Assembly (NCBI RefSeq): GCF_006345805.1
Contig: NC_043018.1
Location: 21,018,001-21,082,000 of the forward strand
DNA from: Octopus sinensis
Lineage: Eukaryota
DNA length: 64,000 nucleotides
Direction: 5' to 3'
The first letter of the stretch is position 1. Each line of letters begins with the position of its first letter. A program made the position numbers and the translations under genes. The notes below the pieces were generated by a model. It was not told where the DNA came from and ran no database searches. It saw nothing but the letters and a program-made list of their open reading frames with translations. Below are positions 50,401 through 62,300 of this stretch, piece by piece.

Positions 50401-53329
50401 CATTCCAATTACTCTGTCAAATGTGATGTGTATTTATTCATTGTTTTGAACTTATCATGCATTACCTTGTAGCTTTGAGATTTCAGTGATGTAGTTGTTT
50501 ATTTTGAGAATAACAGTGTAGGGTAGGTGTGAAAGTCCAGATCTAGCTAGTTTGAGTAGCTAAAATATTTGGGCCAGATATGGCCAGTTTAAATGCTAAA
50601 GGGTCAATACAGGATTTTTATTATTTTTTCTTGATGAATTGATTCACTTATATCTTTGTTAGATAAGGGGGTCTTTCTCTCCTCCCACCCCATTATAAAA
50701 GAGACTAAATTCTTTGATTTAAATTTCAGGAGAAAGATGATGAAATGAAAACCAGCATTACAGCTGGATTTACTGCTTGGCAGAGAGTGCACAAGCTAAC
50801 ATGCTGTATCAATTTAACTGACTTGTTGTTCAACTTGGTAACAGTCTCGTTTAGAAAGGTTAGTAGTTTTAAATTTCATAATGTCAGTTATGCTTTTCAC
50901 CTTTCATATTTTATTTATCATGTAAAGAATAATTAATAACTGTATTAATTTTTAAAAAATTACATTAATTAAAAATATAATTTCAGGCTTCATCTCTCAA
51001 GAGACAAAAGCAAGGATCAGAGACATCTGAAACAAGCAGCAGTAGTACATCTGATTCTAACACTTATTATGAGGACGACTTCAGCAGTTCAGAAGACAGC
51101 AGTGAAGAAGAAGGTTTGATTTGTTTCAAAATTAATAAAAGTCTCTATCTTTTGGTGGCACTATAAACACAAATAGCCAAATGATTGCTGAGGTGTCTGT
51201 CTTCACCATTGATTCTTTTGAGACTTTGCTCTCTTGTAACCATGTCTAAACAGTCTCACCTCAGATCTTTTCTGGTTTGCTTGAAGCCACCACGAACTAA
51301 TCCATGGCATTATCTTACCACTTGTTTTAGTTATTGGACCACAACCATGCTGGGGTTTTACTTTGAAGTGTTTAGCCGAACAAATCACCCCCCTCCCCCC
51401 AATTATTTTTTAAAGCCCATTATTCTTTTGGTCTCTTGCTGGACTGATGAGTTATGGGGATGTAAATAAACAAACACTGGTTATTTAGCAGTGATGGGGG
51501 GTGACAAATACAAAGACACATGGGTACACACGCACACACATACACGATTGGCTTCTTTCCATCTATCAAATCCACTCAACAACGCTTTGGTTGCCCAAAG
51601 TGCTGTGCAGTGGGACTGAACCCAAGATCACGTGGTTAGGAAACGAGCTTCTTAACCATACAACCGCGCTTGCTGAAAAAAAGGCTGCAATAATTATGCA
51701 CCAACCCAATATATTTTTTATTTGAATTTTAAAATATAAATTTTTTTATCTGAATTTTAATATTTCAATGCTCAGTTTTACTCCCATGAACTTTACTTGC
51801 AATGTTGTTAATTTAAAAATGAAAGGTATCAGTTTCTGAGGAATTGGTAATAAAATTGAAATATATATTTTCTTGGCTTCTTTCAATATCTGCCTGTGCT
51901 TTATAACACTCCTAGATATTATTAAGATTATGAATTGATATTTATAGCAACAGAAGTACCAGGCTTACAAAAAAAGAAAAAAGTCTGGATTCGATTTGTT
52001 TGACTAAAACCATTCAAGGTGGTGCTCCAGCATGGCTGCAGTCATATGACTGAAACAAGCAAAAGATAAAACAAAAATGAAGTCACCATTGCTATCAATT
52101 TTGCTGCGTTCCACTTTGCTACACAACTTTGTAGCTTCTTTTGTCAGTGATTAATGTGGAGGCAATAAAGATGGATTTTTTCCATTGTGTAGTATGCTTC
52201 ACTGACTTAAATTTATTATGAGATATTTACAATGTACCTCGGTATTAGTAAGCCAGAATAAAATAGTGTTTTATCGAGTAGAAACGAAAATGTAATTATT
52301 TATGCATAGTGTCTCAGAATGAAAGGAAAATAGGTTAACAGTTTGAAGCATCAATTTGTGCTGTGATTTAACCCTTTAGCATTTAAAGTGACCATGTCCT
52401 GTGTAAGTTTTTCAGCTGTTTTATGTTAAGACTGGTCAGATCTAGCCTCTCACACCTCCTTTTAGTGTCAGTCTAAAAATAGCTAATCACATCATTGAAA
52501 CCTTGTGGCTTTGAGGTTTCAGTGATGTGATTAGCTTTGATTAATTCGAAACAATGTGAACAAAGAAGCATTGTATAGGTGTGGCTGTGTGGTAAGAAGC
52601 TTGTTTCTCAATCACATGGTTCCAGGTTCATTCCCATTGCGTGGCACCTTGGGCAAATGTCTACTATAACCTCGGGCTGACCAAAGCCTTGTGAGTGGAT
52701 TTGTTTGAAAGAAACTGAGAGAAGCCCATCATGTGTGTATATATATACACACACACACTCTCTTGTTTACTTGTTTCAGTCATTCGACTGTAGCCATGCT
52801 GGAGCACTGCCTTTAGTTAAACAAATTGACCCCAGTACTTATTCTGTCGGTATCTTTTGCATATATACAATGTTTATGTATGTATTTATGTGTGTGCTTG
52901 TGCCCTCCCCCCAGACCATCTCTTGACAACTGATGCTGGTGTGTTTATGTCCCTGTAACTTAGTGCTTCACCAAAAGAGATCGATAGAATAAGTGCTACG
53001 CTTGCAAAGAATAAGTCCTGGGTTCAATTTCTTCGACTAAAACCCCTCTAAGACGGTGCTCCAGCATGGCTACAGTAAATTGACTGAAACAAGTAAAAGA
53101 ATAAAAGAATTACATTTGACAGAATAATCTGAATGCTTCAGAGTTAAGAAAATACTATTCTATCCAGTGATAAATATAATTTTTGAGATTTATAAAACAG
53201 GCGCAGGTTCCGGGTTCAGTCTCACTGCGTGGCATCTTGGGCAAGTGTCTTCTGCTATAGCCCCGGGCCGACCAATGCCTTGTGAGTGGATATGGTAGAC
53301 GGAAACTGAAAGAAGCCCGTCGTATATAT

Positions 53330-53369
<40 letters not shown>

Positions 53370-56300
53370 TTGTCTCCCTAGCATTGCTTGACAACCGATG
53401 CTGGTGTGTTTACGTCCCCGTCACTTAGCTGTTCGGCAAAAGAGACCGATAGAATAAGTACTGGGCTTACAACGAATAAGTCCCGGGGTCGATTTGCTTG
53501 ACTAAAGGCGGTGCTCCAGCATGGCCGCAGTCAAATGACTGAAACAAGTAAAAGAGTTAAGAGTAATTTTATTTTCAAGCCTTATTTTCTCTAATTTTAG
53601 TTGTTGCTAAATACCCTTAATTGCACATAACTTATTGTTTGCCTTATAGTAGAAGATGATGAACCACTGTTAGGCTTATGGTTTGAAGAAACACTCTCAC
53701 CTACAGAAACAACTGATCGAGCACCTTCACCACCACCTGCTCCTACACAAGATGGAACCAACAATGGAAAACGTTCTCGACAAGTTAGTGATGATGACAG
53801 CAGACCAAATTTTATTCCTGACCGAAAAGAGCCAGATGGGGTGACTAACCATTTTGTCTTTTTTTAATTTGAAATTGTAAGTTTTGAATTGTTCGGTCTT
53901 TATATAAGAAATGTAGAATTAGGGAAACATGATGATGAACGTCATCTAATGCAGTGCTTTTCAAACTTTTTGCTTGAGTGGAACCCCAAGGAAACATTCC
54001 GCTGGCTCGAGGAACACCTGTGCAATAATTTAATAGTCTTATGCACACATATCTGCACAGGAGAATTAAAAATTACTGCCGATTTTAGCAGTTTTGTAAC
54101 TTCTTGCGGAACCCCTGGACTGTACTGGCGGAACCCCAATGTCTGTTGTCCATGCTGGCATGGGTTGGACAGTTTCACCAGGGCTGGCAAGCTGAGGGGC
54201 TGCACCAGTCTCCAGTTTGATTTGGCATAGTTTCTATAGCTAGATGCTAACCACCCCGAAAGTGTAATGGGTGCTTTTATGTGCCATGAGCATGGGTGTC
54301 AGTTGCATGGCACCAGTATCTGCCATAACCACGATTTCACTTGGCTTGATGGGTCTTCTCAAGCATGGCATATTGCCAAAGGTCTTGGTCATTTATCAAA
54401 CCCCTGTTGACTGAAGAATTGTTGCAAGACATTAAAAAGTTGCTGTTGATGTGAATCATCTCTCCCCTTTCTAGCATCATCATCATCATCATCATTTAGC
54501 ATCCGTTTTCCATGCCGGCATGGGTTGGACGGTTCAACTGGGGTCTGTGAAGCCGGAAGGCTGCATCAGGCCCAGTCAGATCTGGCAGTGTTTCTACGGC
54601 TGGATGCCCTTCCTAACGCCAACCACTCCGTGAGTGTAGTGGGTGCTTTTTACGTGCCACCCGCACAGCATGATTAAATAAATAATTTGGTAAAATAATT
54701 ATAAATCCTTGATGAATTTTTCTTTTCATTTCGTATTTTATTTCCTTATTTTTATAGTTTGTCCACTTAGCTGCAGATATATTAAACTTCATGAACCACT
54801 ATTTTATCAATTCAGTCAATCCAGCTATACAGAAGCTTCTAAGGTAAAGTATCAGATTTCATTGCTTCTAAATGTTCTGTATTTTGTTTCTCTTTTTTGT
54901 TATCTAGCATGTTTTTTTTTTATGGTTATTAAAAAATCATTTTTGTCTGTGGGGTTATTATAGCAAAAGACACATGCCCTAAATGCCACACCATACAACT
55001 GAGCCTGAAATTATGGTTTGAAAGCAAACATGTTAACTACACAGCTGAGTGCGCATGCATGCGTATGTGTTTGTGTATAAATAGCATTGATATGTTGTTT
55101 CTTGTGTGAGTAAATTGGTGAAATGATGGCTTATAATATTGGCTTCAAATATTCGGCATAAGGAGTACAATTTCAAGGATGGAACTAAGTCAATTACATC
55201 GAACCCCAGTACTCAACTGGTACTTATTTTATCGACCCCCAAAAGGATGAAAGGCAAAGTTGACCACAGCAGTATTTGACCTCAGAGCATGAAGACGGGT
55301 GAAATGCAGCTAATGATTGCTTATAACATTAAGCAGTGTTCTGTTATGTTATTTGTGAGTGGTGCAATGGCACAGATTGTGGTTCATTGTAACTTTTCTA
55401 TTGGAGCCAGTATTATAGTTTGTGTATGTTTAAAGTTAGTCAATACTCATGTCAGATGTGATTAGAATGTTATGATTTCATCACTGAATGATATTGTGTG
55501 TATATATATATATATATATATATTTTTTATATATATATAAAAAATAATAAATGCACCCTTTTAAAGCCTATCCAGGCTCATGGGCCCGGTTTCTATGGCG
55601 TATGTGTTCCCTAGCTGGAGGGGATGCCAGTCCATCGCAGCGTTATTTTTGCCAGCTGAGTGGACTGGAGCAACGTGAAATGAAGTGTTTTGCTCAAGAA
55701 CACAACGCATCGCCCGGTCCAGGAATCGAAACCACAATCTTACGATCATGGTGCTGACACCCTAACCACTAAGCCACACGCCTCCACACACAGACACGCA
55801 CACACACACACACACACACATATAAAATCACACACCTGATTTAGGATATTCTTTATTAACAAAATTTACTACTTTCAGGGAGGCTTTGAATGAAGAACAC
55901 ATGTCTAATCTTGCATTGGTTATCAAAGAACTGGATAAAGAATGCTGCCGATCTGGTTCAGGTTAGTCTTTAAACTTTACTCATGGAAATATCAGAAACT
56001 TAAACCTTGATTTTTGGTTATGACTAATGATGTATACATAATGATTGTTACTCATTACTATGATATTCTTTCAAATTGGTTTTGATTGTTGCATTCGCAG
56101 TAATATTTTGCGATTTTTCTTCTGTTTGTTAAATAGAAAATTTTCGATGTAACATTTGTCTGTATCTAATTAAATGCTTACCCATTAATACAAGACAAAA
56201 TTAAATACTATGGAGTATTTACTGATTGGGGTTAATTGTAATTAATTCATTATCATCATTTTTACATCTGCATTTTCAATGCTGGCATGGGTTAGACATG

Positions 56301-59300
56301 ACTTGCCGAGGCTATTTTCTATGGTTGAATATCTACCCTGTTTGCCAACCTCTATTTATAATAATTAAGGTTTCTTATTTCTTTATTGCCCACAAAGGGC
56401 TAAACATAGAGGGGACAAATAAGGACAGACAAACGGATTAAGTCGATTATATCGACCCCAGTGCGTAACTGGTACTTAATTTATCGACCCTGAAAGGTTG
56501 AAAGGCAAAGTCAACCTCGGCGGAATTTGAACTCAGAACTTTAAGACAGACGAAATACGGCTACGCATTTCGCCCGGCATGCTAATGTTTCTGCCAGCTC
56601 GCCGCCTTCAAATAATAATTAAGGTTTCTATCAAGAAGACACTTGCACCTTGGGCAAGTATCTTCTACCACAGACTCAAGCTGCTCAAAGCCTTGTGAGT
56701 GGATTTGGGAGATGAAAACTAAAAAGAAGCCTGTTGTGAGTATGTATCCATCCCTGTACTTGTCATGATATTCTGTGATGGTTCTAAATGAGTTGCCATC
56801 ATACAAGTGATACGTTTATTTCCAGTCTTCTGCGAAAAACATGTCTGGCCATGGGGGAAAATATTATCTTGCTTGGAAACAGAAATAGGAAATGAGGGTT
56901 GGCAGGGCATCTGGTCATAGAAAATCTGCTTCAATAAATTCTATTTGACCCATGCAAGCATGGACATTAAAATGATGATGGTGATGGATTAAGTTTGGAG
57001 ATTTTCTTGGGAGATGTGTGTTCCTAGGAAAATATCAGTTATCAAGATATTTCTGAAATTTTTCCAGTCTTGTTTTACTTTTTTTTTTATTTTGTTTTAT
57101 TTTGAAAGTATCTTCAGTAATTTATTTTCATTTTTAATTATAGATCGCACCTATGAAGAGCTTTCAGTTGCTTTGGCAAAGTTTAACCACAGTTTAGTGG
57201 CAACTGGCTCGCTATCAGAGAATTTGCAGGTAATAATGACATTTGTTTTAAATTCTAAGAATATTTTAAACCTTTTTGTATTTGAATTTGTTGTTTTAAC
57301 AGCTCTCTTCCTCTCTCTCTCTCTCACCCCAACTACCTACTAACTTCTTATATATGTTTTTCTATGCTGGCAAGGGTGGATTAAGTCTTTCATATTCTGG
57401 CATTCACAGCACCAGTCCCATTGGATTGTATGTAGTTTGATAGCAAAGGGAAGAGAAGCCAAAACTTGCCACCAGAGAAAAGTGCACATAAAGAAAAGAA
57501 AACTCAGTAATGCCATTGGTGAGCATCTTCAGATGCAGTTGCTGCATGCAAGACTACCACTCTTGTGTGGGCCTGTACAGCCACAGCAGACACTGCACTG
57601 CCATCAGCAGTTAACACAAAACTCTACTGGTGCAGATCTACGGTCTTTAGAGACTGACAGATGCCCATTAATTTGATAGTTAATAGAAAAAAAAAATTCT
57701 CTTAATTCCACCATTGTAAAGAACACATGATTGAGGTTTAAGCTTCTTTGCCATTTCTTAAGTTCTCACTCATATAGGTTGTCAAATCATGTTGTTACCT
57801 TGTCTAGTTTATATTCTGATAAAGAGCAGATTGTGTTTGCTTTATCAGTATCTGCCAGACAACGAAAAAAAATGTTTTAATGAACAAGAAACTGACAGCG
57901 CAATATATTGTTCCTAACTAATGGGTTTTTGTTTTGTTCCCTTCATAATTACCCTGTTACAAAACGCGCTTAATTTTAAAATGAAAATCAAATTATTTGT
58001 TTTTATAGTTTCTGATACAATTTTTTAAAAAATTTCATCTTCTAGGATTGTCTTCTGATTAGCTTGGGAGTGAATCCTAATACTTCCGAGGCTTGGCCTC
58101 TTACAGTATATCCTCGCACTCTCGCAGTTCTAGCAGAAGTCATTCTTCTGCGCCAACAGAAGGAAAGAGAAACCTCCCCCAAAATCATCAGGAGTGTTAC
58201 TGAGGTTCAGGTAATGAATATATGGGCTCAGTTCACTCGAACATTGAAGCAAGCTATTTTAAACTTTGATAACAAAATTGATCAATTTGAAGGTTAGTAC
58301 TGTTTTTCACTCTTGGCTTTTTCCATTTTAAATAGTTTTCCAGAATGTTTCCAAAAAGCTACTTGTTCCCAAATTTATAATGTTTAAATTTTTCAGTTTG
58401 TAGAGAAATCTATTTATCATACACACATGATTCTCTAAACTGGTATCCAATGTGATGCCCTTCTATTTTTTTCCCTTGTGGATAAAATATTTAAAATTTT
58501 CAGTTCTGTTTCTTTCATTTACAATAACTTTTATTCAGTTTATCATCATCATCATTGTTTAACGTCCGTTCTCCATGCTAGCATGGGTTGGACGGTTCGA
58601 CCGGGGTCTGGGAAGCCAGAAGGCTGCACCAGGCTCCAGTCTGATCTGGCAGTGTTTCTACAGCTGGATGCCCTTCCTAACGCCAACCACTCTGTGAGTG
58701 TAGTTGGTGCTTTTTACATGCTACCGGCACAGGCGCCAGAGGAGGCTAGCAACGGCCATGATTGGTTGGTGCTTTTTACGCGTCACCAGCACAGAAGCCA
58801 ATCTATTTTTACGAATTTTTAATTAAATTTGTCTTGGAAGCATAATTAAATAATAATTAATTGCCATTATATCTGTCTATATAAATAATACCTTTTACAT
58901 TCCATCTTAATGTTGGTTGTATCTACAAAAAATGGAAAAATGAAGCAAAAATGCTATATTGTGTCAGTGTAAGCTTGCATCTTGTTAAGTCATGATGTCT
59001 TTTTTCTCTCCGTGTTCTTAAGTGGTATTTTATGGAAATATGCACCAAATGTGAATATTTTTCTCTGTTTTTTCAGATGTCAATGTGGAACATTTGCAGG
59101 TCCTTTTGTTCCTTTTCCACAGCTTGCCTCTGATGCAGAAGAAGTCTCTACTATTGCAACTGGCTGAACATCTTATTGCGATTTCTCAGGTAGATCACAG
59201 GTAAATGCTATTTTTTTTTTTAGCTAAGTTTTATGATTTTTCATCTAAAATCTTACTTGATGAATCTCAGTTTATTTTGAAATGATATTTGTGAATGATT

Positions 59301-62300
59301 GTATAATTGCTACACATAAAGTAGTTTCAATTAAGCTTTTCTTTCAATCCTCATATATTGTAGTTAATGTGAGTAAATTCCTTCATGGAAAGACTTTGTA
59401 TTTTGGCTGTGTTGGGATATTCTTTCAGACTGTAACTGCATATTTCTTTGTGGACAGAAGTTGTACATAGTCTCTAAGGAAGGTACCAAGTAGCCAGTAT
59501 TTAAGTCAGATCATTCAGAAAATTTTCTGACTGCAGAAGAATACAAAAAAGACACGTGTTAAATCTTGTGTTTCAATGCAAGGAAACTTCTGTAAATGCA
59601 CATACAGCTGCATTGGTATAAGAAGACATTCAATTACATCTTTGCAAATGCACTCAGGTTTCTATAAAATATTATATTGGGTTGGTTAATCTCTGACTGT
59701 TTGTGAGTATTGAGACTATAGCAGGATGTTATCTGCATGGTTTAAAAGGTATACATGTGTGTGTGTATCTCTCTCTGTAATGTATATATGTGGGGTGGAG
59801 GTGAATATATATATCTCATAAAATGCATATATAGTATATGTGTGTGTGTGTGTATATGTATATAAACATATATTCTATTCTCATATATTTTCCTTGCAGT
59901 AAACTGGTTGGCTCTGTACCACTTCCTCTGTCTCGTCTGATGCTAGTTTTTGATTACTTTGTGCACTATTTTTATGATCCACCTGCTGTTCTCATTGATC
60001 AAGTAAGAAACCTCATTTTTACTAATATCATAGTTTTCTGTAATAATAAAAAACACTAGTAAATCTGCATTATTTTGTTTCTATTTTAATTTCAAAGGTG
60101 ATGTTTTGTGCAGCATTTTAGTTGTCACAAGACCTCTCTTGAGCAGAGCCTAAGATATTAAACCACCTGTACAATTGTAGAAAATCTGTCTTGATATAGA
60201 AATTTGTTTTATTTACTGAATTGCAATGAGACATTATTTTTGGAAGTTGTTTATTTAGTGAAGTTAACTTATGCCTTACATTATAAATCTTAACAATATT
60301 AAGTTTAATTTCTTAATATTAGCATTGACAAGGAATAGAGACTCTTGGCTGTTTGCTGAGCTTGAGAAGGCATGTCAAGCTAAGTAAAAGCATATTTGCC
60401 TGTGCATATAGGCATGTCCCCTGCATCCCTCCAGCTGAGCATTCCTAAAAAAGTACCCGTACTGGTGCCAGGTAAATGCACCTGTCTTGATGCTGTGTAA
60501 AAGCACCCATCATCATCATCATTGTTCGACTGTGGTCGAGACGATGTAATTTACCATGCTACGCCAGACTTCACGGTCCATCATAGCATTGAAGTTTCAG
60601 ACATTCAGCTGAATACTTGACAGACACTGACTTTACTGACGACATCACTCTTATCAGTGATTCTCTCTCCAATGCCCAGTCTCTTTTACAATCTCTCGAA
60701 CAAGCCTCAAATTGTGTAGGTCTAAGAAGATAAAATAGAGAAGGAAGGAGAAGAGAGTAGAAGAATAGGAAGGAGCAAGAAGATGAGGAAAGGAGAAAAG
60801 AGGAGAAAAAGAGAGAGAAGAAATAGAAAGCACCCAATACACTCTGTAAAGTGGTTGGTGTTAGGAAGGAGATGGAGCCTGGATGTGACTCCTCAGCTGT
60901 CCAGCTCCCATCAGACTGTCCAACCCATACCAGCATGGAAAACAGACATTAAATGATGTAATTCAATAAACATTTGTTGCTATATGAAAAATCGATTTTG
61001 TTTACATACTCTTTTCTCGAAATACTCACATTGTTTCAGTTAATTTTAAAAATAGGGGAGAATTCAATGAAAAAACTTTGTCATTAAGCCGGTGTTTGGA
61101 ACATAAATCAAAATGAAATTTTAATGAACGGTGTCAATTCAGATTACTTTAAAAATAGGAAATTTCTATCCTAGAGCCAAGGGTGGTCTCAGACAGGTTG
61201 GGATCAAAAGGATTAAATTCAGATTATTGATACATCTGTTGATTAAATTCAGATTATTAATACATCTGTTTCATTTAAACACAAAAATGAAAGGGTTTAA
61301 CCCTTTAGTGTTCACATTATTCTGCCAAAACAAAATGCTTTTTCATCCACATTGTTTTGAACTAATTATGCATTATCTTGTAGCTATGAGATTTTGATGA
61401 GGTAGCTGTTAATTTTTAAAATGATATTGTAGGGTTGGTGTGAGAGACCAGATCTGGCCAGTTTGAACGTAAAACAAGCAGAATACTTTTGGCCGGATAT
61501 GGCCGGTTTAAATGCTAAAGGGTTAATGATCTTCAAATATAAACGGCATATTTTTTCTTTCTTAACTGTGTAACTGCATGTTTGTATTCTTTTAAGTTAA
61601 ACTCATTAGTTTTTGAGTTTTTCTCTACGTCGAGCATTTACAATAACGTAAAATTCATTATTATCATCTATTTTCCAAATGCTAGGTACAGTGGAACCTT
61701 TTCACAGTACATACACTTGGGCAAGCAGGGGAGCGAGATGCCAGTTTACCAAGAGCAAGCCAATTCTTTCCATGCAGAGATGTTGAAGGAAATTTTCGAA
61801 AAAATCTGAGCCCCCAAGAAGCCACAGAAAGTAGGTTGTCTTGAGACAGTTTTTGTTGTTTTTTTTTTAATGTTGTATACCTTATTACACATATAAATAA
61901 ATGATGTATTGTATAAACACATACAATTACACATGCACAAACACATTCTTTTCTCTCAAGCTTTACACCTCTTTGTTCCTCATCTGCTAGCTTTAAGTTG
62001 TCCCCAACCCACTTCTTGTTTGGGGGTTTGTAGTTTTGCAAGCTGTATGAAAAAAGTAGCCACCACAATTTGTAAAGTGGTTGGCATTAGGAAGGACATC
62101 CAGCCATAGAAACCATTCCAAAACAGACAGTGGAGCATGATGCAGTCTTTTGGGCTCTTTGAACCCTGTCAAACTGTTCAACCCATGCCAACATGGATGT
62201 TAAATGATGATGAGATAACACAAATTTATATTTATATATTATAATCCATGCAATGATTTTCTTTGGTTTGGATGAGTGGTTGTTGAATGGCATCTGCACC

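Noticed and set aside
59186-59200. Alternative donors inside exons 17 (59189) and 20 (63048)
   Set aside because: GTAGAT is weaker than the adjacent donors, and conservation and phase favour the longer exons
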